NCBI RefSeq assembly: GCF_018977255.1
Contig: NW_024704742.1
Coordinates: 99,264,001 to 99,328,000, forward strand
Direction: 5' to 3'
DNA: 64,000 nucleotides
Source: Callorhinchus milii
Taxonomy: Eukaryota
Positions 50,225-62,669 of this stretch are shown here, one piece after another. The notes under the pieces were generated by a model. The model saw only the letters and a program-made list of their open reading frames with translations, was not told the DNA's origin and made no database searches. The translations under genes were made by a program, and so were the position numbers. Numbering within the stretch: the first letter of the stretch is position 1; every line of letters begins with the position of its first letter.

Positions 50225-51298
50225 CTTGTAGAAGCTGCCAGCAGATCTATTGACCATTGAAAATACAAGATGACCCAAGTCCATCCCTTTATTCTATTCC
50301 AAGATGTTTTGCTGTTAAAAGTTTCATCTCCAGACACCAACAATTAAAGTACTTCCAATTATTGCACTGGTATATGGCAGAATGGTGATCGTCAGCTCCA
50401 CGGGGAGTCAGGGTACTGTATAATATGAATGTACATTTAAGTGTAATGTCTGTAGTTTTACATGAGTATTTCTTCCTCTGTCACCCTAGAGTGGCAATTA
50501 TTGTTGAAGAGCAATATTGTACGATATTAAAATATTGATATCGTCATGCTCTTGAGGATAAGATTGCACCACTTTATTAATTAGATTTTCTACACCAGTC
50601 ATCTACTGTGAGGGGGGAATGGGGCCTTGCCAAGTTTTTCCACAAATTTTCTTTCTCTTCTCCTCTCCTCCTCTGTCTTCTCTCCTGCTGTCCTCTCCTC
50701 CCTTCCCTTCCCTTCCCTTTCCTGCTCCTCCTCACCCTTCCCCTCTCCTCCTCTGTCCCCTCTAAAAGTTTTTTGTGTCACTCGTTCACTCGACTGGGCT
50801 ATGGATTCCTATCCACCAGTAGAATCTTTCCCATTGACTATTATTCACATGTGAATTTGTGAGCTTGGAACAGAGGAGTAGATTGGGGGATGAAAGTGCT
50901 GCAAATAATAATAAAAAAAGATAATTTATTTCAAAACAACACCCTTTTTTGATTGAATCATTAATTTCAGTCCTTTCTGCTTACGATTTTGATCCTGTTT
51001 CAAAGAGAAGTATTTTTCTCCTGCCCTGGACTACATTCCCTCCATAGCCAAATTCATTCAAATGGGCTATTCAGCACTGTGCTATTTTTATAGGACGCTG
51101 ATGGCACAAATTATTTGCCTCCATCACAACATCGTTTTTCATTAATAATAATTCTTGTATTTGATATAGAACATATCACCCCTTCAAGACATTTCAAAGT
51201 GCTTCACAAGATGTTTACTGTATTGTGTAGCAACCGTGTATTGGCAATGTTACTCTGTAAAAGCCTTTGAGATGTTTCTTTAATAAAAAGCCACTACA

Positions 51299-51502
51299 TG
51301 CCTGAAATTCCACCTAGTCACTATTTTGGATTAAAGTTAAAGATTGCTCAAAATTGTTAAATTTTACATTTTTAAATTCAATCTTGATTTAATGCGCCTT
51401 CCAAATTAAGAACAAACTGAAGATTTTTTCACAATCTTATGCAACCTTAAATTTTAAGACAATTTATGGTCTTTAGGCTAAGACGAGGTAGAATTGCAGG
51501 CC
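51299..51502. mobile_element. Palindromic MITE, same family
   Basis: gcctgaaattccacctagtc ... gacgaggtagaattgcaggc. Confidence 0.65.
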
Positions 51503-51680
51503 CCATATAAATATAAATTGTTGCTGCATCCGAGCCCTCTCTGACCAAACATCTCCTCACGTGAGCATCTCTAGAAGGTGCTGCGGGGTAGCAACAGTGA
51601 AGTTGGGACCCCGGCATGTTTAACAGAGAGCAGGTAGCACTGGGGATACTGCAGTCCAGCTGAGATCAGCTAACAGTTGT

Positions 51681-51859
51681 CAGGGTTGTCCAACCTTTTG
51701 GCTGCTGAGGGCCGGATGCCCTATTTACAGGCTGCATAAGCAATATTTTTATGTTTCCCTTCCAGAAACATAACCTGTACAGGTTATGGAGCGAGTGGGT
51801 CGGCAGATGAAATGGAGGGTTAGGTTAGGCTGGATGCGGCCTCCAGTTGGACCACCCTG
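51681..51859. mobile_element. hAT-type MITE inserted into an AmnSINE2-like head (minus)
   Basis: TIRs cagggttgtccaac / gttggaccaccctg; flanks cagctgagatcagctaac and aacctaggaccttc. Confidence 0.75.
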
Positions 51860-52095
51860 AATTTGTCTAACTCATCATTGACCCCATATCTAACCTAGGA
51901 CCTTCTCGGTCTGTAAGGCTTGGCTGCTGACTGGATAAACTTATTGTTTATCATCAGTGAAGCCCTGCTTTTGGGCTTTTAATCATTTTTATAATTTCTT
52001 GGAATTCTTTATTATTTTAATAAATCTGTACATTAAAAAATCACCTCATGTATCACTCTGATGTTTTGCAGCAGTGAAAGGTCCATATCAGCCTC

Positions 52096-52114
52096 CCTCG
52101 CCATCTAGTGTTCA
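52096..52114 (-). promoter_or_regulatory. Candidate CTCF binding site
   Basis: Minus strand TGAACACTAGATGGCGAGG; the core CACTAGATGGCG fits the CTCF consensus. Lies in unique sequence. Confidence 0.5.
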
Positions 52115-52385
52115 CTCGGTTTCAGTTTTGTGGTATAATTTTGCAGAGAAAGCAGTTCCGCTGGTGTAGGTATATTATTGCATTGTGCTTTGTGGAACTA
52201 CATTAAACTGAAGGTTTTCATCCTCAATGTTTTTTATTTTGCTTATAAAATATGCAGTCAGTCACTACACTTTACAGTTAATCCTGTGAAGCGCTTTGAA
52301 ACCTCCTCTGCCTTACGTGGATGGCTCTATTGTAAATGCAAGGACTGTTATTATTGTTTTACAAGAAAAAAATAAGAATACTGTA

Positions 52386-52562
52386 CAGTCAAACCTGTTA
52401 GAGCAACCGCCTCCATTCAGCAACCACCCCTGTTAACAGCCATCCTGGAAAAGTCCAGGTATGGATAGAAAGCACACAAACAAATCCTTACTCAGAGACC
52501 ACCCTAGTATAAAGGCAACTTTGGCCCAATCCCTGAGTTGTTGTTGAAGGCAGGTTTGACTC
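52386..52562. mobile_element. Tc1/mariner (pogo/Tigger-like) MITE
   Basis: TA|cagtcaaacctg ... caggtttgactc inverted termini. Confidence 0.75.
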
Positions 52563-53956
52563 TCAAATAAATCCTGGAACTGTAACTAGAAAGAAAAGGG
52601 AAGAAACAATTGTGTTCTACAGAGAGAAAAGAAATAAATGAATAACTAAATAATCCAACACTTCCTTACCTATTTTTACTTTGTCTCGTTATGTAGAATG
52701 CAAACCCATAAAAGGAGAGAATACCGGAATTAATACACCATGTGCATTAAATGTTTCCCATTCCTTGATCTCCGACAATCATATCACCTTGCACATTCAT
52801 AACCTTCCTGATAAGATGAATACTGTAGCTCTTCCATTGCTCTATTGTCCACCTCATTAGTAATTGTCCTCAAGTACTCCTGAAATATTACCCATTTGGG
52901 AAAATTTATGAGATTTTCCTCTTTACCCATAGGACATGCCTAACTGCATGATCTCCAATTGAGACATCATCTATTATACTGAGGCTTTAACTAAAAATCG
53001 GACTTCATTTGAAAGTTACCAGACTTTTAGCAAATAACGTTGCTATGGAGATAATTTGCTTAAAAGCTGCACGTGCATTAACCTGACTCAAGTTATTTGG
53101 AATATATCTACACAGACAATACAGCAAAGAATAGGCTGCCTTGGAGACAAATCACGCACATCTTTGTTTACAACTTCTGCACTTTGCTTTGCCATGTTCT
53201 TCTTCCCTCAAAAAATGTTTACAAAAAATGTGATCAAAAGCTCTGTATGAATTTTTAATGAAGCAATTTTTTTTCAAAATAAAATATTTTTGTTCCCAAT
53301 CAGTTCACTCACTAACATACAGTGGGGCCTAAACGAGGGCTGCTGACCAAAGATAGTATACATTGTATTTCCCATTAGCATTAATGAACACAGACCGTGT
53401 TAGACCTTGCAGATAAGGACAGCCTGGACTTTAGCATCATGTGCTCATTGACCAGCAGGAGACAATGATCTAAGAAGAATGAGCTCCAATGATGTCAGTG
53501 TTTCTTCCCTCTCAGAAGGAACACAATGTGGCACATGACCTAAATGACAAAATTTACTCACTCAAAGTAATCTGAATGACAAGCAGCCATAGGATGTAAG
53601 ATCAGGACCTGCCTCGGTTAAGTGCTTTACCACTTGAGTTCCTAGGACATGTCATTGAATTAAGTTTGACTCTTATATCCACTCAGCTACTTTTTCACTG
53701 GAAAAAATCACCTAGAGAGAAGCTTTTTGTGATGACATGGAGCTAAATTTGATTTTAATAATGCAGACTTTATGTGCTTTTTTTCAATAATCCACTGTAA
53801 AAGAAGTGTTATTATGCTCCAGACCTTGTCAAATTCCATCAAAAGCTGTTGTAACATTTGATCTGCATCCTTTCAGCAATGTAGTGATCTTCCTGGTACC
53901 ATACGATAAAAGCATCAAAGAAAGGCACCAAGATCAGTAGTGGGAAGAATGCCGTA

Positions 53957-53998
53957 TGCGATGTGCTAATTATCACCGGTGAAAATTATCGCATCACA
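53957..53998. repeat. 42-bp CpG-retaining palindrome in a TE-free block
   Basis: tgcgatgtgctaattatcaccggtgaaaattatcgcatcaca; 17 of 21 positions pair. Confidence 0.85.
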
Positions 53999-54155
53999 AC
54001 CCTCATTTTTGTTTATCCCCTCCCAGCAATAAATAAACATTTTGGTTGAAAAAGAAACCTCTGTCGTTATTTCTCATCATAAATTCATAAATTACATTGG
54101 AAAGCGTGTTGCTGTCAATCTCACTGTACATTGATGTACTTTCCCAGAGGGTCAC

Positions 54156-54182
54156 CAGCAGCAGCAGCAGCAGCAACAGCAG
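54156..54182 (+). repeat. (CAG)6 CAA (CAG)2 trinucleotide repeat
   Basis: Read directly from the sequence. Confidence 0.95.
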
Positions 54183-55699
54183 CTTTGCTCCCGAGTAAAA
54201 GATAAGAGTGAGTCAAAAGCAATAATCCCATCTCAGGGTTCAGATGATGTTAATAAAATGCTGGAGCTGCACACCTCATGGCTTTCTGTCATTTGAATCC
54301 CTGAATGAAATGACTGACTTGTTATACACTGCTGAATATTATTCATCTAGAGTTAATAACGGTCCTATTTGTCTACAAAAATACACAGTCACTACACTGT
54401 ACAGTAAACCCTCCGAGACATGCTCCAGACATGAAAGGCAGAACTATATCAAATGCAAAGATTATTTATTATTGTCTGTAATTTATTTACGTTTTCTGAC
54501 AGAAATAATGCCAAGTGAGCACTGAAATTGTTACCCTGTAGAATTGGAAACATATCTGTTACAGATGTATCACATATATATGTATATTGCAAACTTAAAA
54601 TGTTTCAAAATTAGCATGTAAAAAAGCAACGCAAAAGGATAGCACAATGACAATCAATTACTTTTTACTTTTATGGAAAATCTATTCCAATAATGCATTT
54701 AAGAAATGGGAACAGCATGAGAGCCAGCAAAAGAATCAATTTATCTATAAGTGGTCACAGTTGATGTGATGTGTATTATTGTTCCACATTTTGTTCTTAT
54801 TCCCTTGACAATCCAAAATTGTCAATTAGAGGCTTAGATAATTTAGAGTCCTTGAATCCAGTCTATTAAAAAAACATGAATTTGTCAAGCTGTAATATGT
54901 AGTGAGAATCGCAATAAGAGAAACAAGGAGAGCTACTGTTCAAGGTGCTGCCAGGCGCTCAAACGTTTGCACATTTTAGCCTTGACAGACATATGTTGCC
55001 AGGATGATACCGGGGTTGAAAAGTTGCAGTTATGTTGTGAGACTCGAAAACTCGTCAAGAAAGTTGGCAGAGCAGGGAGGAGGAATCTAATGGAATCATG
55101 AATGGTCATTAAACAGCACAAATAAATGCTATTCCCAATGATCAACAACTGACTAACAAGAGTACATACATTTGTAGCATTCACCAGAAGCAAAAAAGTG
55201 GAGTTATGTTTTACGTTTGCTTAAGAGATTGTTAAAGTATGAAATACTTGAGGTGGAGAGGGGTATGGGGATATGGTTTGAGTGAAAAGCTCTGGTGGGA
55301 AACAGGCACCAAATCTAACATATAAGCTGAATTGACTACTTCTGAGCTGTAAGCATTCATGATTCTATGCCATGGTTAAGTCCAGCAAATAGATATTAAT
55401 ATCATACAGTGTATGTAAGATTAAATGGAAGAAATAAATGGGAAAACGAGGCAGCATTGTTGTGGAGTGAGCATGTAATAATTACTGAAAGGAGAGTAAC
55501 CTTTCGATGATAGGAGTGGAGTTGTTTTGAATTGAATCATAGAATCATAGAATTATACAGCACAGAAGGAGGCCATTTGATCTATCGTGTCAGTGCCTGC
55601 TCTTTGAAAAAAGCTATCCAAATCAATCCCACTCCCTGCTCTCTCCCCATAGCCCTGCAACTTGTCCTCCCCAAATAATGAATAGAAATCTGCGACACA

Positions 55700-57500
55700 A
55701 AGGGAAGAGAATTAATAAATAGGGCTTACTATGGATCAGCAGGGTAATGTGGGGAATGAATTGAACAAATAAGAAGTGCATCAGGGATAGGAGTGTGATA
55801 ATTATAAGGATGTTTAATTATCCTAAATTAAAATGAAATGGGGAAAGGGATCTTTGATGGAGCTAAAGCAGGATTGTTTCTTGACACAGCATGAAGAAAG
55901 GAGGCTCGACTTGATCAAGTCATTTAGCAATGAGCCTGAGATGATGGAAAATTGAGAAGCAGGGGAATGCTTAAACCTCGGCAGTAATGAAGCCCTTGTT
56001 GTGAGACAGGCAGAAGAAAAACAGAAGTAAATGAATTTGTCTAGATAAAATAAATAATCCTTACATATGGTATAGAGCCTATCATGTGTGTCAGTTTGGC
56101 TCAGTGGTAATTATTATCAAACGTATCAAACAATTCTTACACTGTATAAGATATAGTACCGTTTCTGCTGTAAGAATATCTCAAAGCACAATGCAGGATA
56201 TACTATAAAGTGTAGTAAGTACGTATTTGTAGGCAAAATAAATGCCTTGGTTTTGATAGATGGGAAAAGATATTAGCAGATGGCAAATTTAGTGGGAGCG
56301 CTTGGAATAGGAGGTCATCAAATAAGAATGTTTTTTAAAAAAATCAATGTTTGCGTTACAGGAAACAGGGCTATGCCCTTTGTGGTAGTAGGATTCACAT
56401 GGGGTGCTTTGGAATTCATAGAAAAAATTCATGGAGATTGGTAATAAAACGGTCATTTAAAAAGTGAAGTGCTTGAATATTCATAAGGTAGCAGAACCAG
56501 ATGGGCTGTGTCCAAGGGCAGGCTTTGTACGGCTGAAATGTTTTGCAGCTCATTAAATGCAAGAAAGTTAACTAAAATGGGGAAATAGCTAATGCTCTTC
56601 CAAGTATATTTTTTTAAAAAGGTCACATGCATGATCCTGGGAATTATAGGCCTGTTCCAAGAGATTTGACATCTATAGTAGGAAAACATTGAAAGCCATT
56701 ATGAAGGAAACAAGATAAGTACACCTACAGAAGCAAAGGCGATAATTCCAAGCCACCGTTAGTTTATGAAAGGCAGGTGAGGTCTCACAAATTTATTGGA
56801 ATTATTTGAGGATGTAATAGAACTGGTGGATGATGGCAGTGTGGTGCGTGTTATATATTCTCACTTTCAGAAGGTAATGATAAGGTGTCTCACGGAAGAC
56901 TTATGGCTAAAATGGTTAAAGGAGGATGCTGTAAATTGGATAATAAATTGGATAAAAAATAGGAAACAAAAGGCAGTGATAAATGGTGGTGGCTCTAATT
57001 GGACAGCAGTGACCAGTGGAATACCCAGGGAATAGTACCAGCATCTCTGCTGTTCACAATATTTATGCTATAAATGATCTCATAGCAGATGATAAGTTGT
57101 GCGGAGAAAGCAGGATGTTTTGAGGAATGGCATAAACTTCAAAGAGACCGCCCTCCATTTAGCAGCTGGGGAGATGCATCTTAAAAGAAATGTAATATTG
57201 ACAAATCCAAAGTATCAATACTAAAATAGGAAATGTGGAATAAAGTCTACAGTGCTCCTTAAGGCAAAATGTTATCCCATAATTACAAAATGAACCGCAC
57301 GTTGCTAATAAGATGAGGAAGAAGATCCAGGTTTAATGATTGATCAGACATTTAGAGTTCAGGGTAGCAAATTCAGTAGTAATAAAATGTTGTGTCTAGC
57401 AACTTTTGAAATGTGCATTTGCTTATGGGATGTTCTAATTTTTACACTTAACGGGAAATGGGCTACCTTGAGCCATCAAGAAAACACTCTGAAATGCTAT
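55700..57500 (+). mobile_element. Heavily decayed CR1 ORF2
   Basis: DPGNYRPV, FMKGR*GLTNLLELFEDV, NWIKNRKQKAVINGGGSNWTAVTSGIP; SINE fragment inserted near 56050-56240. Confidence 0.8.
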
Positions 57501-57695
57501 AGAGCAATGCTGACATTATGGGATGAAAAATACAATTTTTTTTACATGATGTGCAGATATGTTAATGACTGTGTTAATGAGCCATACAGACCAGGAAGGT
57601 ACCAGGTTTGATCCTGCTCTGTGCTCGCTCAGTTGGCTGTCCTCAAACCGTGCAGTGATAGAAATGAGATGTGTCCCCCTCCTTGATCACTAAGT

Positions 57696-58002
57696 ATAAT
57701 AATAATCCTTGCATTTTATGTAGCACTTAATCGTGTAAACAAAATATCTCAAAGAGCTTCACAGGATTTTACTGCACAGGGTGGTGACTATTTATTTGTA
57801 GGCGAACACGGTAGCCAATTTACGCACAGCAGTGTCCAACAAACAGCCATGGAGTGAGTGACCAATTTTATTTAGTGGATTGTTGGCCAGGACACCCCAA
57901 GAGAGAAACTCCCTTCTCTTTTCAAATAGTCTCATTGGATCTTTAGCATCCACCTAAAAAGATTGACGAGACCTTGATTTAATATCTCATCCGAAGGACA
58001 GA
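57696..58002 (-). mobile_element. DeuSINE-type SINE
   Basis: Tail plus ttggccaggacacc and atctcatccgaaggacag core. Confidence 0.82.
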
Positions 58003-58799
58003 ACTTAAATTATTGCCTCAGTCTCCCATAATTTTTCAACTTGAGTCAACATCCTCGGAAGAGAAAAGCAACTCATAGGAGAGAGAAAATGCTGTGGATC
58101 AAATACTGTAGTTTGGAGTTTGCTTACAACAGCCTGGTAATGCTGAATGCTGTATATTTAAAATTAGCTCAGGAAATTCTCATTTAAAATCGGAGATAGA
58201 ATGCATGCCCTTTTTATAATGAATAATACGAATCTGTATGTTTTATTAATTTGTTTATCCTATTAAACAGTGTGTGCCATTATGCCTGAACAGTCATTAG
58301 ATTAAATTTTCCTATTTTTTTTCTGGAGTAATGTAGAAAGAAAGCAATTTAAAAGTCTGGGGGGGGTGGGGTGGGGGGGGGGGGGTTGTAGAGGAGTTCC
58401 TTCCAGGCATGTATGAATGTTTTATGATGATGATTTTAGTATTTAATAACTTGTGTGCTGAAGTGTAACTCATCTGACCTAACAGCAGCAACCATAAAGA
58501 ATCAAATTATATTAATAAGGATACAGGAAACTTCTGTACATAGACTATTCCCAGTTCACCTTCAATAATAGAGCAGCCAATTATTCATTTAGGTCATTAC
58601 TTATTATCTACTCAGATAGTTTAAGAAAACATATTTATACCCAAATTGAAGTCATTTTATTCAATACGCCAGACTATTTACCTATTTGCTTTATTATCTA
58701 TGCATGAATGGAAAAGAAAACTGGAACCTTATTAAGAAACAAACCCTTTGTTTTTGTATTAAATCGTCTCAGTAGAAATAATCAGTAAAATAACTGATG

Positions 58800-58929
58800 G
58801 GGTGAAAATTGAATATTTCATAAAAGATTCAATGTGACAATTATCAGATTGGAGTGAAAGTGAAACATTTCATAATTACTTCAATGTGAATCATTTTGAA
58901 GCGATTATGAAATATTTTATTTTCCACCC
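58800..58929. repeat. 130-bp palindromic element, MITE-like
   Basis: gggtgaaaattgaatatttcataa / ttatgaaatattttattttccaccc termini; internal tandem copy of tttcataa..ttcaatgtga. Confidence 0.7.
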
Positions 58930-59414
58930 GGTAGATGAGTGGGATTTTGAACCTGACTCGGGAGAGGAATTGATAAAACTGGAGGGGAAAGAAAAGACGG
59001 CAACTGACCTCTCCACTTAAAAATGCTTGTGATAATATGATGGTCTATATATGCTGTTATACTGCTTAACATTCAAATGCTAAATGCTAAAGGTAATTCT
59101 CTTAGCATCATGTTGATGGGCTCAACAATAAATCATCATTGTTAGGATGTCATATTACTAAAATCATGACAGAATTCACATGATGAAAACACAAAGGTTT
59201 AAGAGCAGCAGGATTTCAGTGCAGTATTGACTTCAATATCCAGCCTTCAGGTAACACCGGAGAGAAAACAAAAGGAATTATTCTTCCTTTGTTTGTAATT
59301 TTAAGGATGCTTCAATGACCAGAATGTTCTTACTATTGTACAATTGTAGTGACCTTTGAAGTACTCAGTTCTACATTATACGAGCACATATCAAAGGTCA
59401 ATAAATCCCCAAGA

Positions 59415-59720
59415 GATGGCTAGCTCAATTGGTAATACTCTTGCCTCTGGCTCAGAAGGTTGTGGGTTCAAGTCCCATGTACACATTTGAGTTCACAATT
59501 TAGGCTGACACTTCAGTGCGAAACTGGGGAAGTGTTGTGTTGTGGGATATGTCGTCCTTCAATTGATATGTTAAACTATATAGAAATTGGCTGCTGTGTT
59601 TGGCAGGAAATACATGGTCACTACAGTTAACAGCAATTATCTGTGAAGTGCCTCAAGGTGTTTTGATGTTACAGGCACTGTATGAACTGCAAGGATTATT
59701 ATTTTATTATTATTATTATA
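59415..59720 (+). mobile_element. DeuSINE with tRNA head, internally deleted
   Basis: tagctcaattgg A box, gggttcaagtccc B box, gcaagg(att)n tail. Confidence 0.8.
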
Positions 59721-60761
59721 AATAATCACCAAAATCACCAGAGAGAAGCAATGAAAATATAGAGCAGAAGCATAGAATGGAGTTAAATGGAATGTCAATT
59801 TATTCCTCAGGAGATGTCAGAGTGATGTATGAGCAGTTCACTAATATTACTTCCAGAATTATTTTCTCTACTTAGCTGATGAGGAATTCTGCCATAAAGA
59901 CTTAGGTATTAAGAAGAGTAAAACAGCAATAACAGCTTAGCAACCGCAAAGAGAGGGGCAAAACGTGAAATGCAACGGCAATCGTACTATACATTTTTGC
60001 TTTAAAAGGATTTTGATTATAAAGTAATCATAATTGTGGGGTGGAAAATGTGTGGTGAGTGTGTGGGATGGTGGGGGGGAAACAATTATTTATCACTTCA
60101 CTAAAAAATTGTGGTTCAGATCAATGCAAGGATTATTATTATTATTATCCCTCTCTCTCTCTATCTCCTCCCTTTCTCCCCCATTGTTGCAATGATTTGG
60201 CCTAAAGTTAGCTGAAGTCTCTGGCCAATCACTGTTGTAAATGGCACCTGTGGAGGGCGCTATCTGAGTGTTGTTATACTGACCTGGCGCTTGTTGAGCT
60301 GGGCTGGGAACACAGCGAGGGGTAAAAATGAGAATACATATCACCTGAAAAAAGTTGATTTGTCATTGAGACGCTGAACTGGAGGGAAATAGCATGGTAT
60401 TCTTGATTTATAAGTCCTATTAAGTATGTTATTGAATCCGACAGACGGAAGAGAATAGCACAAAATGATGAATTATATATTCTTAAATTTCTGGTTAATC
60501 AGGGGAGGTTTTAGTGTAAAGCGCTTTCAGAGTAAGAAATGGAATATTTAAATTGCATTCAGTAGAAATTATCAATTGTGGGGGTTTTGAAACACAAGTT
60601 GTACTTAGAGGCACTTTTCAGGATGGCACTGTTGTGCTCAGATGGTCTGTAGTGAGTTGGGGGGGTGGGGGGGGGGGGAAGATATGTTACATTTGTGCTT
60701 TCAATCAGTTGGAGCAACGGGAGGAGGGGTACAGGAGAAAGCCATTATTCTTAGGCATCAA

Positions 60762-61325
60762 ATCTGGCTCAGTTGGAAGCAGTCTCACGTCTGAGTCTGG
60801 AGGTTGTGGATTGATACAATACAATTTACACTTATATAGTATAGTGCCTTCATGCCGAGAGGACATCCCAAAGCACTTGACAATTCTGGCACCAGAGCTG
60901 AAAAAGCACAGCCAGAGCCCCACATGGGCCCTTTGAGCTTGTAGTCTCGGCTGAAACTCCAGTGCAGTGCTGGAGGAGTGTCTCATTGTTGAAGGTCGTT
61001 TGGCTTAAACATTAAACTAATGTTCGTCTGCTTGTTCAGGTGGATGTTAAAAATCCCATGTAGCACTTTATCATTTTGGAAAATGCTTCACAGAGTTTAT
61101 GTAAGGTTCAGTGACTTTTGTATTTGTAAGGAAATGCTGCTGCCAATTATCTGTTTGATTTTAAAATAAATTGGTCATTCATTTCATGTCTGTTTGTGGG
61201 TCACTGCTGTGTGCAAATTGGCTGCCACATTCACCTCCAAGCGCACAGTCACCACAACATACAGTAAACTGTGAATCTTTTTCTGATATGATAAGGCACT
61301 ATATCAAATGCAAGGTTTATTATTG
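60762..61325 (+). mobile_element. DeuSINE with a minus-strand L2 tail inserted in its head
   Basis: tggctcagttgg head; caggtggatgttaaaaatcccatg core; gctgtgtgcaaattggctgcc; tail. Confidence 0.78.
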
Positions 61326-62239
61326 TAGTTAGAATCATGGCAATGTACACACAGTAGGAGGCCATTTGTTCCATGTTTTCATGTCAGGTTCACTCCTCCC
61401 AATTCCCTGTTCCTTTAAGTTTATTCATTCAATACACAGTATTAAGGGCCAGAATGTTTAATGCACTATGACAAGATGCAAAGTTAATGGGATTCCCCAA
61501 TATAACAGTACATAGTCAAAAAAAACACTAAACATACTGTCACCCCCTTACAGTTCGAGTAATTCATTACAAGCAGCACACTTGCAATCGACAAGCTTCA
61601 GTAAATGGTACAATGACAGTCAAAGTGAATGAAGAGAGGGCCGTACATTCCTATATGTTCTGAAAGGTGTCAGAATTATTGATGGTCCAATAAAGAGTCC
61701 AAGGACTTTGCACCATTTGAATAGAACAAAATGTGATGTAGACCTCTTATGGGAGAAACGTTTATCTTCTATTGAATTAGAAAAATCAAAAGAGCAGGAG
61801 AGGCATCAGGGTGTTTTAATACACTTAGTACCAAGGTGATGACTTTCTTTCATAAATCTCTCTCTTCCCTGATAAGAAGCAAATCTGAGACAAAAGGGAA
61901 GATAAAGAACACGACAACTGAAAATTACAATTGATCTAAACGTTATTAATCTTGCTAAGTATACAGGAACATTTTTAGCGTGAGTATAAGGTACTATGGG
62001 GATTATTTCCCATCTGTTAACTGAATTTGGTTGCATCCGATTATAATACAATACAGATATACAATCATATAGTGTTGTTCGTGTTGGGAGGATGTCGCAA
62101 AGCTCTTAAAAATGCTAGCTTGTCACGCAAGCTATGGGTGCGAGCCAAAAAGGATGGGAAGGGGAAAGATGACCGAAAGTGAAGTCAAAGAGGTAGGTCT
62201 TATTATTATTATAACTATTATTATCTATGCAGTTGATTT

Positions 62240-62645
62240 AATACAATAACAATCATTTCATTTGATATAACATCTATAATGTTACTAATGTCTAAAAGCA
62301 TTTCATAAAGATTCTATGAAGTGTGACTGTGTATGTTGCAGGCAAATATGACAAACAATTTGCACACAGCAATGTACCACACATAGCCATAAAGTGAATG
62401 ATCAATTTTATCTAGGAGATTGTTGACCAGGACTAAAGTTAATTTCTCTTTCCAAATAATGCAGTGGGTTCTTTAACATCTACCTGAACAGACAGATGTG
62501 ACCTTAACATCTCACCTAAAGCAAGCACCTCTGAAATTGCAGTATTCTCCCAGCTCTGTTTTGAAGTGCCAGCCTATCTATGAGCTCAAAGTGGGGACTT
62601 GAAACCACAACCTTCTGGAAGGCAATGGAGCTTTTAACTGATCCA
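62240..62645 (-). mobile_element. Full-length DeuSINE-type SINE
   Basis: Colinear with 4023-4404. Confidence 0.78.
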
Positions 62646-62669
62646 TGTTGACACTTAAAAATGAAGAGA

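Noticed and set aside
50630..50762. Overlapping ORFs in a polypyrimidine tract
   Set aside because: Low-complexity CT-rich sequence.
58358..58386. Poly-G run with G-quadruplex potential (similar runs at 44521 and 60659)
   Set aside because: Simple homopolymers, prone to sequencing error, with no supporting context.
60245..60263. Second CTCF-like motif gcacctgtggagggcgcta
   Set aside because: The 5' half mismatches, and ggagggcgcta also occurs in L2-type tails.
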